DNA of 64,000 nt from assembly GCA_046563655.1 (NCBI GenBank), contig CM102285.1, positions 2,294,001-2,358,000 on the forward strand. Direction: 5' to 3'. Each line of letters starts with the position of its first letter. The stretch's first letter is position 1. The notes beneath the pieces are model-generated. The model was given only the letters and a program-made list of their open reading frames with translations. It had not been told where the DNA came from and ran no database searches. Origin of the DNA: Yuukianura sp. NJ FZ-2021 (lineage: Eukaryota). A program made the position numbers and the translations under genes. Positions 8,559-22,000 of the stretch are shown piece by piece.

Positions 8559-11451
8559 CTATGTTATTATACAACACTGCAGTTGGTTTGCAGTGGCTCC
8601 ATTTCGTGCTCCGTATGCGTCCCATACGTTTATGACATTCACGCTGTCATGGTACTGCATTAATGCTTGTCGGTATTGATCCTGAAAAAAGTGAATAAAT
8701 ATATTTTGTAGTACTTTATAAAAATTTGTTCAACGCTTCATTGAGGTTTGTCAATTGAAATGTAAAAGTCGGTGTGAAGAAGTAAATTTGATTAAATCAA
8801 ACAGGGATCAATGAAGTTATAGATTAATTCACTCACCAATTCAAATTTGTCAAAACTGAAAACCAGTCTTTGAAGACGGCGTAATTCTCCTGTTCTACTT
8901 GCGTAAATCACACCTTTCCAACAGTCAGTGTTCTCCCAAAAAAATGACAACTCTGACAAAACTATCAAATTCAAAGAAAAAAATTTAAATTATGACTTGA
9001 AAATATTTGACTCAATACTTAAACCATCCGTACAAAATAATAAACTGCTTACATGGTAAGTTCCGGAAAGAATCCATACAACCTGAAGTTTTGTGAGGTT
9101 TAAGCGGGAAATTGCAAATTTTATTATTCGGAATGTATTTTGCTCCGCCGGTTAGATATTTCCAATGTAACCGACTTACACCACGGCTTGTACTACCACT
9201 GACAAGAATGCTAAGACCAAGTTTCCGTAATTTTGAAAATCCAAAAATGCCCTTCAGTGTTTCAGATGTAATTTTTATTTCTTCAACATTTGGTAGCATG
9301 AATGGCCACTGCTGAAGTTCATCGTCAGTTATTAAGTCAATTTCTGCACGTTTCACGTTTGGAAAGATACATCCGAAAAAGCTTGAGTCTTTGGTTATTA
9401 TGCAATTCTGACAACTGAGTCTAGTAAGCACGGGGAAATACGCCTGTTTACCTTTCACCCCTTGAATTCGGAATCCAAAAATTTCAAAAATTTGCATTTT
9501 TGCTAAGGAGTTCAGCGGCAACAAAAGTGGATAACCTGGAGCCGCATCAGGAGGCCTGATAATCACAGCAAGCTTGCTCACAAATGTCAATTTTTCTAAC
9601 CATTTTTCCAAAATGTGAAGTGTTTGATATACCGATTCTGCGCCAATATCGGTGTCTGGAGCATACATCTCCAATCTCAACTTAAGAATTTTAAATTGTT
9701 TTGAAATTGTGACAAAATTTTTTACATCATCGATCTCAGGATCCCAAATGCTCATATTTAACTTTATATGTACATTTGGTTTTACTTTGTGCACATGGTC
9801 TAACAAAGCTGTAACCAATGGTAACTTCAGTTGTGGACCATCGACTGAAATAGTATGTAGATTTGGCGCTAATTTCAAAAATTGAACCATTAGTGGAAAA
9901 CAGTCGTCTGAAGGAAATCTTGTCATGTATCTGAATATAAATGTGTTGATTGTGCGTAAGTTGTTTAGTACAGGAATTATTGCATCTTCACCCATTTCAA
10001 CTCCACGAACGATGTAGTGAGTGAATTCCTCTACATTTTGGCAGTTTTCCAACAACGCTTTGACGTTTTCGGAAAAGGCATCTGTGATTGAAAAACAAAC
10101 GTTCAGAATATCCCAGGTTTTAACAAATTTTCCAAATTCGGAACAAAACGTGTTCAGTGGCTCCAGCGACATTCGATCGCACAGAAGATAATCTCTGAAA
10201 CCAAATTTTTTAAAAGTAAAACTAGTTTGGTTTTGTCGAAACACTGAAACGTAGTTGACGACGTCACTGACTTTGTGGAAGTCTACTCTGCAACGAGTTT
10301 GAACAAATGGTATTGCCAGTAGATTGAAACGATGACTCACGAGACGTAACTTTGGAATGTCGTTTTTGTCCAAACAGCTTATGATTATCTCGAGCAGCTT
10401 AAGAGACAGTAGTGGATAATAAAATCAAACAAGTTTCAATAACAAAATCATTTCAAAAAAATAAACTTCTTGCAAAGAGGATGTAAATAAGTATCGTCAG
10501 ATCAATTATAGAGAGTTCCCGCGCCGGATATTGTTGACCTTTAGAAATTGGCGGCTTTTGAACTTGGCTGTTTTAGGATTGGCGGCTAAGGAATTGGTGG
10601 CTTTAGAGATTGGCGGCTTTTCAAATTGGCCACTTTAGGTTTGACGGCTTTAGAAATTGGCGGCTTTAGAAATTGGCCACTTTAGTTTTGGCGGCTTTAG
10701 AAATTGGCGGCTTTTGAAATTGGCCCTTTTAGAATTGGCGGCTAAGGTATTGGTGGCTTTAGAAATTGGCGGCTTTTGAAATTGGCCACTTTAGGCTTGG
10801 CGGCTTTAGAAATTGGCGGCTTTTGAAATTGGCCGCTTTAGGATTGGCCGGAATTTGGCCACCTCCGGTCAAACCAGAAACCGATTAGTCACCCCTGTAC
10901 CATGCGAAGGTCATCTGCGCAGACAGGTTAAAAATCGGTTCAGTGGTTCCAAAGTTATAGACGCGCGTAGCATGAGCGACGCCATTTTGCAACTTGCAGC
11001 GTCTATATCTCTAGAACCGTCGGTCAAAGGTCAAGATCGCCGACAGAAAAGTTGTTCCTCTCATTGAGATGAACAACTTTTGTAGAGGCCATTTTTCCAA
11101 ATTCCGTCAAAAATATATTTGACCTTGGGCTTTGACCCGGAAGTTGGCCACTTCCGGTCAAACCGAAAACCACTTATCCACCTCTGGACCATGTGCAGTT
11201 CATTTGTGAAGACAGATTGAAAATCGGTCCAGCGGTTCCGGAGAAGTTGTGGCTAGTATACAGTCGGACGGACAGACGGACGGACAGACGGACGGACAGA
11301 CGGACGGACAGACGGACGGACAGACGGACGGACAGACGGACGGACGGACGGCCATTACGATCCCTATAAGTATCTGACGATACTTAATAAAAAAAGTTTC
11401 TTAAACATATTTTTCCTAATTCAACCTTACTTCATTGGGAACAAATTCCAT
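8559..11451 (-). CDS. F-box/LRR-like protein, copy 1 (exons ~11451-11431, 10397-9053, 8961-8837, 8681-8559)
   Basis: Spliced N-terminus MEFVPNE|LLEIIISCLDKNDIPKLRLVSHRFN is an F-box motif, followed by LRR-like LxxL repeats. GT-AG introns sit at the same positions as in the paralog. C-terminus reads ...QLQCCIIT*. Confidence 0.8.
10540..10860. repeat. ~20-21 bp minisatellite (consensus ~TTAGAAATTGGCGGCTTT)
   Basis: Many degenerate head-to-tail units of attggcggcttt/attggccacttt with no unique spacers. Confidence 0.9.
11265..11351. repeat. Compound (GGAC/AGAC)n microsatellite (12-bp GGACGGACAGAC units)
   Basis: Directly visible in the sequence. Confidence 0.95.
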
Positions 11452-12153
11452 GGTTATTGTAGAAACCAGCACCAAACAGTTAGTAATTTAATGGACAACT
11501 GACTCATTAATACAGATTTGCAAACATTATTATCTTACTTTTTTATCAAACGCTTTATTATCTATTAAAAATTAGTGATTATTGTTTGCAAGTGCACTTT
11601 GGTAGCATTATTTGACAATTTATTTACTTTGTACTTTAAAATTTAGTTTCATTTTAATTTACAAATTTGTGTAAAATTTGGTGTTGCCAAACACGTTTTT
11701 TAATATTTTATGTTTTATGTATTTTAAGTCAAACACATCACTATACGTCCTCCAACACTTTTAAAAGTGTTAATAAATTAAATATTAATTATTCCTAACC
11801 TCACATGGTGTGGCTAATCCTAAGATGTGGCTGAATTCACAGTTTTTACATTAATTCAAAGCAGAATTAACGCTCACATTCAAATTTAATTAGTTGATAG
11901 TTAATTAATTTTACCTTGATTCACCTGAAAAACGAAGTTCAAATTTCATAAACAAAAGTAGAATTTCTATAAATCTATTTCAAAAACAATTAAAAAAAAT
12001 TTGTTACCATACACCATTGGTGTTGTGCTAGTCCTGAAAATTTCAAGACCATAGTTAGTGTATACATCCGTTTGCATCAGTTCGAATTGCGTTAGGCCTA
12101 AAGAAATGGACGGCAAGGACATGAAAACTGTTCAGTTTTTAAACGTTTGAAGT

Positions 12154-14594
12154 TCAAAATGAAAAGGTGGTGGGAGTATTGGAAGCTATCACAACGGTAT
12201 CGTGATACTTCAACAACGCTTGTCGGTAGTTTTTTTCCTGAAATATTCAGAATTACACTTTCCCAAATTGAAATTTATAGTATAGTTTATTAGTGTGGCG
12301 AGTTGATACTTAATATTTATAAAATTCAGTTTAACTAGTGCTAACAATCACCTCTTTGAAACCTTTGAAACTGAATACCAGTTTTTTAAGACGTCCTAAA
12401 TGTCCAGTTCTACTTGCGTAAATTATTCCTTTCCAACACTGTGTTTTTTCGTTAGAAAACGTTAAATACGTCAGCCCTGAAAAAAATAGCCGTGGAATAT
12501 TTGTCATAATTTTGGTCAAATAAAATTGAAAACTTCATACAATACACAATTCTTACCTGGCACATTCCGAAAATCGACTAATTCGGAGGTTGTGTGATCT
12601 CCTATCCGAAAATTACAGATTCTGTCATTCGTGATAAATTTAGCTCCGCCTGTTAGGTACTTCCATTGCAAACGACGTGTACCATGATCGTTATTTGATT
12701 CGACACAAATCTTCAGTTTCCGTAGCTTTGAAAATTGCAAAATTTCTTGAAATGTTTCAGAAACGACTTCCAGCTCTTGCACATTCGGTATCATAAGTGG
12801 CCACCGTTCAAGCTCTTCTTCCGTTGTTAAACTGATGTTGGCATATCTTACATTTGGAAAGACGTAACCGGTGAAATTGAACTTCTTAAGAATTTCACAA
12901 TTTCTGCAATTGAGTGTGGTTAGAACCGGGAATTCCATGGGTATAGCACCTACTGGCGTGTGTAAATAATATACTTCTAAATATTCCAACTTCTTTAGAG
13001 AATCCAATGGTATCACAATAGGACGTGCTTCATATACATAATCAATAGCAGCCGGAGTAGGACGTGGTTCATATCCGTAATCAATAGCAACCGTATTTCT
13101 CACCCGACGTTTGAAAACGAGAGAAAGTTTGCGCAAAAATGCTAGTTTTAAAATCCATTTTGATAAAATTTGATGTGTTTGATCTATTAGTGCGGAATTC
13201 GTATCCCGTAGAGGTGGATTTAACAACAACTTCAACTCAGCAACTGGAAATTTTGTAGAAATTTCAATCAAATTCTTTAGTTCATCGATGTTATTTACCG
13301 GAGTCAGAAGAAATAGATCCAACTTGTTGATATGAAAGTTTTGATTGAACCGGTACAGTTGTTTCAACAGGTTTATTGCACGCGTTGGAGGCTCAGTATC
13401 ACATTTCCGATTTTCGATTGAAACGTTGCGGACATTTGGCGCTATTTTTAGAATTTGATTAAGAAGAAACAGAAAATCTTGTGTGGTTGGAACTTTGGCG
13501 TATTTGATGTTGATTGTCTTTAAAGAGTAGAATGGAGGTAGATCAGCAGTTCCGCCAACTTCTACTTTCCAAATGAAGTGACTAATTTCTTCCACGTTTA
13601 AGCAATTTTCCAGTAAGGTTTTGATGTTTACTTCTGTCGGAGAGTCTGCTATAGTGGTTTCCGTCAATATTTCCCAAACTTTAACAAATTTTCCAAATTT
13701 GACACAAAACTGGAGCAAATGCGGAGGACAATGCGATAAGAGACCTTGACAGAATCCAAACTTTTCATACGGTAAAACCGTGTTGTGTTGTTCAAAAGTT
13801 TCAATAAAGTTCGAAATGTCGACGTCCTTCGTAAATTCCACCATAAATAACTTTTTTACCAGAGGAATTGTTAGTTGATTGAAGCGCCTATTCACGAGTC
13901 TCATCTTTGGAATGTCATCCTTGCTCAAATAATTAAGGATGTGAACCCGTAGCTGAAATACAAGAGAACAAGACATTAATCATAACGAAGTGGTATTTAA
14001 AATTGTATGTTTTTTAAGTTTATTGGAATAACTTTACTATTATGTGGTATTTCGGATTTTGATCAAATTGTTTTTCAAAATACCTTACTGACCCCTGATA
14101 CCAAAAATATATTTATTTTTTTTCGAAAATGAAATTTCTAATTTTTGGAAATTTTTGAAATTTGATAAGTCGCCATAAGGTTATATTCTTACAGCTTAAT
14201 TTTTTAAATTTTTTTTCAGTTTACGGATTTATTTGATTTTTAATGTAACGTAACAAACCTAACTGGCCTCTCTTCGCTCGGCTAGTTTCGTAAAGCATCA
14301 GTGTTTTTTGACAAAAATCAATAAATTTGTAATAAAAGTTAACATGTAACCTTATAACCTTATGGGGATTTTACAAATTTTCTAATTTCAAAAATTTCCA
14401 ATACTAATTCAAAATTTCATTTCCTGGAAAAAATAAATATATTGTTGGCATCCGGGGTAAATTGTGTGTTTTGAAAAAAAAATTGATAAAAATCCGAGAT
14501 ACAGCCCGATAGTAAAACTTTACCAGTTGATTTTATAATAAATACAAACCTAAAATGAAAAAGTTGAACTTACATCAAACGGAATACAATCCAT
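12154..14594 (-). CDS. F-box/LRR-like protein, copy 2 (exons ~14594-14574, 13952-12557, 12476-12352, 12237-12154)
   Basis: MDCIPFD|LRVHILNYLSKDDIPKMRLVNRRFN F-box motif. Colinear with copy 1 (shared FGKFVK.W.IL, WKYLTGGAK, CWKG.IYASRTG, YRQAL) and with identical intron phases. Confidence 0.8.
14033..14516. mobile_element. Degenerate foldback/MITE-like element with long inverted arms in intron 1 of F-box copy 2
   Basis: 14033-~14200 (tttactat...cggatttt...aatatatttattttt...ccataaggttata) is the diverged reverse complement of ~14340-14516. Confidence 0.7.
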
Positions 14595-15604
14595 TGCTTT
14601 AAATGTCCAAAACAACTGGCCTCACAAAAGATTTGCAATTTTCATCAAATTTGCTGTAATTCAAATGCTGTGAAGGTTATATAACTAATTATTCTAGTTA
14701 CATCTGTACTCAGCAGAATTCAAGTGAATTTTTTTTTTGTTTATACGAAAACAATGAGTTAGTCGTGCGAAGCCAGTCAACCGAAGACGCCTTCTTCATC
14801 TTCATAGTGGCTTCGGGCTGTTAAATTTCTTATAGGACCTATAAATGTAGTGTAGAGATTCTTAAGCAACACCAACCAATCTGTTGCGTACTGGCTAATC
14901 CTGAGAAACAGCAGAAGTCACAGTCTTTCGACTGAAGACCTGATTTAATTTGCTTATGGTTTCTGGGGCCTAAGGATATGATGGAATATACTCTAAAAAT
15001 GTTTATATTCTGTTGTGAAGGTAAATTTAACAAAAATTGAAGCTGTTTATAACAAAAATAAATTACATTAAATTTGGTTTCGCAGTGTTCATGTTCATTT
15101 AGTGACTAAAAGTAAGTATAACTATAACTCAAGAGTGAAGCTAAAAAATATCATAGAGTTCCAGCTAACTACAACCTTCAGTCAGACTATAACTGAGCAA
15201 ATGACGCCTCTGAGCGAACATCCACTTCCTTTAGGTGTATTGACGGACTTCCACAAAATATCGGCTCGCAATCGTGCATGTGTCTTGTCTATAGACATGA
15301 AGTGAAGTCACGGAGTACTTGAAGTAGTCTCCCTTCACCCCAACTCACATTTCCCACACATTGGTCTGTGCTTGCCAGAAGGATGTGGAATACAGCAATG
15401 TTGGCAATGACCAGTAACGGCAGAGGTTTCAAATCCTTACCTTTGTCCTATTTCTGGATACGTTAGCATCGTGCCTACTGACGACTCTCCGCCAGAGACA
15501 AGCATGCCACAGCCACACGCTTGCAGGATTCGTACAGCGCAACCACTCCTATTATCGTGATTGCCAAGATTTTGAGCGTGGCCTATCACGATTTGTTGAT
15601 GTTG

Positions 15605-15680
15605 AAGTTCTTATAGTGGGCATGGTACCACTTGGACCCGTATACTAGTCCAAGAGGAGCGGTGCCCACTATAAGAATTT
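15605..15680. other. Isolated ~75-nt hairpin
   Basis: Perfect 15-bp outer stem ttcttatagtgggca/tgcccactataagaa, plus an inner cttggac/gtccaag stem. Confidence 0.8.
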
Positions 15681-16526
15681 TAAGGTTCTAGAATTATTTT
15701 TAACAGGTTTTTTTTAATAAAAAAAAATTTAAACTAAAAAAAAACGCCAAGTGTGGCGGCACCCGTACCTTTGAAGATAGTATCCCAAGAAGTGCAGTTG
15801 CAGTGGTCTGGGCCGATACTGACGTTCGGTCTACGACAAAAAAATGACATGTAGAATGTCCAGCAGGCCATCAAAATTCCAATTCCACTCAGAATTGGCT
15901 GCAGTCGAGGTGTCCCGGCATTTTTTGAATGCTTACAGTGGGAACATGTCTGACAGTTTTGAAATTACTTAAAAAAACAGGAGCTAAGAGTTGCTTTGTT
16001 AGATTTAGCACAAAAAAAAATATTCATTTTGCAAATCTATGGAGTCTAAAACTTTAGAGTAAAACTTCAGTTGAACTGAATATTGTCATGTGAATTAAGA
16101 TTTGTTGAGTTGTAACATTTGTTCTGCGGCTGTGCTGAGGTAGACAACGAGCGTGTTCTTTAATTTTTGTTCATTTTGCGTTTTGCTTCTGAGATCTTTG
16201 GCCGAAATTTATTATTTTTTGCAATTAAAAAATTAAAACCCTAGCATATTCAATGCTGATGGTTTCAATAGACGCAGCGGGCATGTTAAAAATGAAACCC
16301 CAATTTGGACATGCTCCTGAGTCCTGAACGGATGACTAATTCAAAATTTTTGACTCATTTCGTTATGGTATTTCCGGGTGTACAGTTCATATAACCGCAA
16401 ACTGAGCTTCCGATGTTTCCTAGAATTGACAAATATTGTCACTTCATTCGAGTTTTTGTCTTTAGTCAGCGACACCCCTCTACATTTTTGTTCAAAGATT
16501 GTCTTCTTGAAACAAGTGTAGTAAAA

Positions 16527-19025
16527 ATGATGTACCTTAGCGAAATTTTCATTTGTACAACAATTTTATTGATTTTTGCTGTCTACCGATGGTACTACAG
16601 CAAAAGAAGTTCACGGTTTCCTCCTGGGCCGATTGGACTACCACTGGTTGGGTACTTGCCATTTCTCAAAGGACATCCATCTGAATTTGGAAAAATTGCG
16701 AGGAAATATGGCAGTATTTTCTCAATCAAACTCGGCAGTTTTGAGTAAGTATTTTCGGATTTTTCACTAAAAGTTAACTTGTATAAATGCGATTCACGGC
16801 ATATTGAAATTTGTTACTAAATACAGGGTAATCATATATAAGATTCACAGCTAAGTATAATATTTCTTTCTAGTGTTGTTATTTTGAACGATGCTGAGCT
16901 TATAAGGAAAGCGTTTCGCCAAGACGTTTTTTCGGGGAGGCCACAAGCCATTGTAGCCATGGCTATAACTTCGGGAGGTATAAATCAAAAGAATAATTTT
17001 TTTAGTGTTTTGTTGCTACAAAAATTTAAAAATGCAATCCAGGGATTTCGTTCAACGAGGGCATTGCATGGGATCAACAACGTAGATTTACACTAAAGGT
17101 GTTGCGACAACTCGGTTTCGGAAAAAGTGTTTTGGAATCGTCACTGCAAGGAGAAGTGTCTCGTCTGGTTAGCCACTTGAGGTAAACTTTTTTTTTTGTG
17201 GTTAAATGCTAACTTTAAAAGAAATTCACAGAAAAATTTATCAGAGATACAAAACTAACTAAAAAGTTGATAATTCTTTTCAGGGCCAACTCCAACAAAA
17301 GCATTTCTCTCAAGCGAATTTTTCAAATTTCGTAAGAAACTTTTATCTCAATGTTTGGCATTTTTCGAAGGAAACACATCAGTATATAGTTACCTCGATT
17401 TGCTTTAGCTTTACTTCTCACATTCGTTTTGATATTGTTTTAATTACCGTATTGTAGGGTTTTGAATACTCTTTGGTCAATTGTTGCCAGTAAGCAATAT
17501 GCTTATGATGATCCGGAAGCCCTCTACATGCACAAAATTTGTTACGAGTGAGCTTCCATCTCAAACAGCATTTTTATGAAATATAATTTTCATTTGATAT
17601 TTTTTTGACTTGCAGAGGTTTTATTGAGCCAGAAGTGGCCGGTCCAGTATGGTGAGCCGTTTTTTTTAACAAAAGTTAGCGCCGCGTCAAAATTTTGAAG
17701 CAATTTTTACGTTTTTTCGAAAGCCCTGTGTAATTTGACGCAATTGGTTAAATTTTCAATTTTTGAAAACTGTATAAGGTTCATGCCGTGGTTAGCAAAG
17801 CTTGCCCCGGTATGGTCTGGATTCAGAGCCCTGGAAATTGCAACCGAGAAAATGCAAGAAATTTTTCTGAAGTTGATCCGTGAGCGCCAAAAAACTTTCG
17901 CTGCTGACCGACTTGAGGATTTCATTGACTACTACCTACTCGAAATTTCAAAAATTGAAGATCCAAAGTCCACTTTCTACAAAGAAGCTGGAGGTAACAT
18001 TTATATTTCAAACATAACTCTGAGCACGCGGCGAATTTAATTTACTGTACTGTTTAAATCGTTCCTGCTCATTTTCCAGTACACAGTTTGACTCATGTAC
18101 TTATTGACCTGTTTACCGCTGGTTCCGACACGTACGTGCACTATACGTGAAAATACAAAAATTTTAACCCTGCATAAATTTTTTTTTTACAATTTCTTTC
18201 TCTAGCACAAGTTCAACTTTGTCGTTTGCCATTCTGTACTTGTTGCACAACCCGAAAGTGATGTCAAAACTTCGTTCTGAAATTGATTCCGTTGTTTCTC
18301 ACGGAGTGCAACCAGCAATCTCGGATCGCGCAAAGTAAAAAAAAATAAATAACTTTAAACTGATTCAATTTTATTACTATACAGTAAGAACAAAATTTCG
18401 AAATTAATTATTTGCAATCACGCAGCATGCCTTATACAGAAGCAACACTTGCTGAAATATTTCGAATGAGTTCCATTGTTTGCGGCGCACTACTCCACAG
18501 TACAATGGCAAAAACCGAATTTGAAGGCTACGAACTTCCTAAATCGACGATCGTAATGTCCAACTTGTGGGAAGTGCATCACGATCCCAAGAACTGGAAA
18601 GATCCATCCAGCTTTCGGCCGGAAAGATTCCTAGACAAAAACGGGAGTTTTCAGAAAAACGAACTCCTCATGCCGTTCGGTGAGAAAATATTTCCAGCTT
18701 TGCATTTAAAGCAAAATTTGTTGTGTTATATTAAATGCAGCTAAAAATGCTTCAATTTTATTATTTCTTCCCTTTTAATAGTTTTTTTTAAAAAAAAATT
18801 TCATAAGTTTGTCGAATAATTTTCTTTTTTCATACAGGCACTGGTAAACGGATTTGTCCAGCCGAGAACTTGGCTTCGACAAATTTCTTCTTGTTTTTGA
18901 CCAGTTTGGTTCAGAATTTTGATTTTGAATTTGACAACACCATCAAATTGCCAACACTGGAACCGAAAACTGGACTTGTCCTTTCTACGCAGGATTACAA
19001 CGTTATTCTTAAACCTCGATTTTAG
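16527..19025 (+). CDS. Cytochrome P450, CYP2 clan, ~11 exons
   Basis: TM anchor plus PPGPIGLPLVGYLPFL hinge, WDQQRRF (WxxxR), I-helix DLFTAGSDT|TSST, EATLAEIFR (ExxR), FRPERF, and heme motif PFG|TGKRICPAENLA. GT-AG introns join the exons in frame. Confidence 0.93.
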
Positions 19026-22000
19026 TAACTGCTGTACTTGCAACCATAATTTTTGAAACAAGCAAGAATTACCACCACAATTTAAAAAAAAATCATCGCA
19101 AAATATTGGATTTTGCCCTCAAGCACTCTCGGCTTTCGCATATTTTTGTGATTTGGCCAATTTTATTTCCTGTTAAGCATTTTCCGTTTCACTATCACTC
19201 CTTTTACTTTAAGTCAAGCTTATAAAAAAAATTGTCAGAACTTGCCTTGCCAGACCAAACACACTTTCCAGAAAAGTAATAAATTTTCTCACGCCTGTAG
19301 CTTGAGTGGTACTTAATTCAAATAAGGTTTACGTCCAAGGGTGTAAAAATTCACACCAGCGGTGTTAATCAGTTGTTTTGGTTAATCACACGACATACAT
19401 GGTGTGAATGGACTTTTCGGCAGTAAAGGAGTTATTTAACTTTTGATGATGACATCTTCCAAGAACTGGATGCGAATTCATTCAAGGGCAAAAAATCATT
19501 CGTTACTGGAGCACTATTGAAGGAAATATTCGCACGGAATCACATAATCTCCAAACTCATTAAAAAATTTCAAAGTAGTTTAAGAAACTCAAAAATATCT
19601 CAGACTAATAAAAAATGAAACATGTTTGTGTAGCTTTCCGTGCGGAAACTTCCGTTCAGTAAAGAATCGGAAATGTTTTGACCATAAAACCATTTCCCAC
19701 AAAAAAAAAAAGAAGTTAAAAACCAACATTTTTTGTTTGACTTTTGCAGTCAATTCAAAAACCAACTCCTAGTGTAAAAATCCAGAACAGAAGAATTTCA
19801 ATTTGGCGCTATAACGAGTTTAAGGCGGCAATGGATTATTTGAACCGTTAAGAAAATGGTAACGAGCTGAACAAACATTAACACCACCCATTAAATCAAA
19901 TGAATTGGGCATGGGTTTGTACACTCTTAAGCATATACAAGAAGCATTGGGTATCTGGTTTTCTTCAAACCAAAAAATGAAAAAACGAAAAATGGAAAAG
20001 CTAACAACAAAAACTATTGTTCCTGCACCCAAAAAAATGTTGTAAATGAACAAGCCAGGTAGTAATTCCCAACTAATTGCTTTTTAGAACAATCCCGCAT
20101 AGTTTTCATCATGTCTAAAGATTTATATCCTTGTTTTCTTTTCCTTTGAGCAAAAAAAAAACAATGATGGTCACGAGAAACATTATCATAGTGTTCGCCA
20201 TTAGCATTTGCAGCGTCGTGGGAGATCTGAAATTTGTAAATTTGTTAAATTTGAAGGTCACTGACCCCGATGACCTCTGGACTCTCCGCCGTGAGGGTAT
20301 CCAGTGTGTTCCAAATATTAATTGGCAGGAACCACCCTCCTCTTGGAAGAAACTTAACAAAAACATCATCTTTCTCTCCCCACAGGCCTCGTTCCGTTCC
20401 ACCTAATGTCAATTTCCAATGTAAATAATTGCTTTACACGCTCTTGTCAAAATACAAATAGAGGCACGCATGCGCTGAATGAATTTCTATTGTTCAACAT
20501 TTCCTATACCTCCATTGTTACGTTCTGCTTTTTCAATTACCTGCTGACCTGCTTTAAAAAAAATTCACGTAGAACGAAACTCTGCGGTGTTCGCTTACTC
20601 CCCGTGAATGTCTTGCTGCGCTGCGTTCCTCCAACAAGTCATTTTCCATTTACAAAATTTTCTGTAGGCAACAATTCATTTTTGAGTATTTTTGAATTTT
20701 GGAATGAGCAAAAGCGTCAAAACCGGACGGCGACCAAGGGGGGTCCCTTCAATGTTTGACTTTGACTGGAAGTACCTCAAACTACGTTGGGAGCAAAATC
20801 CATTATTTTCAAAAAACATATTTTTAACGGTTTGAACAACTTTTTTTTTTCATATTTGAAGTTAGGTGTATGTATTCATGTTTCTGTTTTGAAACGAACA
20901 ACTGCTGGTTAGTGGCTTGAAAATTAAGATTTAAGTTTCAATTCATATGCAACACAGGTTTTACATAACAATTTTGAATGTTTAATCTAATTTCCCCCGC
21001 TAAAAACTGGTTGACAATCCTTGTTCATAAAAACCTCTTCGTAACTTCACAGTATAAAAGAAAACTGAATAAATTAAAATTTTGAAAAAGTCAGTTTGTA
21101 ATCAAACCTCTTTGTCAGATCAAATTTTTTCACTACCTTGAAAATTTCGCGTATCAATTTTTTTTGGCACTCTGGTTGTATCAAATTTGTATGCCGATTT
21201 TAGTTTCAGTGTTCAAGTTGTAATGCGATTCAAGTTTTTGTGCCAAATTTTTTTTTCCAATAAATAAATTTCTGTACAAAAATGATAAACTTTATTGCAA
21301 TAAATACTGAATTGAAAATGCACTAAACAATGCATGTTTTAGTCAATTTCTGAAATTATTATTATGTCTGAAATTATTATGTCAAATTCTGAAATTAGAA
21401 TTGATTCAAAAATGCTCCAGTTTTACTGTTTAAAAAAGGAACCAATCAGAGAAATTCGCCCCAAAATTAAACTTCAAAATTTCAAATAAAATTCATTTTT
21501 TTTATTTTATTAAATGTGTTATGCTTAATGCAGAATACATGACAAAAGTTGCATGTTGTGAGACTACCCGTGGTGGTGGAACTATGATGTGTATTTTGGG
21601 CGAGGATAAATCTCATAGTTTTTGTTCCAAAAGTCTCAGTTGGAAACTTGGGGTCGACGCGGATGGAAGTTTCTCCCCGCAGTGTCTCTGTTTGAACATA
21701 TTTTTTTTCAAAAACGAATCTTGTTCTGACGCCAGAAATTTTCAAACAGTTAACTCTGCCAGTGAAATTTAAAAAAAAGGTCTTAAAATTTTGAGAAATC
21801 TCTGACTGTTCTACTCGTGTAAAAAAAAGTTTTGTGGTTGAGTGTTAGCCGAAAACGTTAATGGAACCAAAACCAAACTTTTTCTGTCTATTTGAACGGA
21901 AGGAAAAACACACATGCAGGATTTTTATAGCTTTTGAAAAACGCCAATAGACGAGACAACTTTTATTGTCTTTTTATTTCTCATCAACTGGAAGAAAACC

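Larger units (their letters stand above)
10462..11389 (-). mobile_element. Non-autonomous Helentron-associated (DINE-1/HINE-like) element in intron 1 of F-box copy 1
   Basis: Perfect 15-bp subterminal inverted repeats taagtatcgtcagat (10488-10502) / atctgacgatactta (11372-11386). End hairpin taagtatc-tgac-gatactta. (GTCY)n-type microsatellite next to one end, internal tandem repeats, and A/T-run flanks. Confidence 0.7.

Noticed and set aside
10540-10860. Regular ~21-bp repeats as a CRISPR array
   Set aside because: The units are contiguous and degenerate with no unique spacers. There are no cas genes, the context is eukaryotic, and the array lies inside a transposon.
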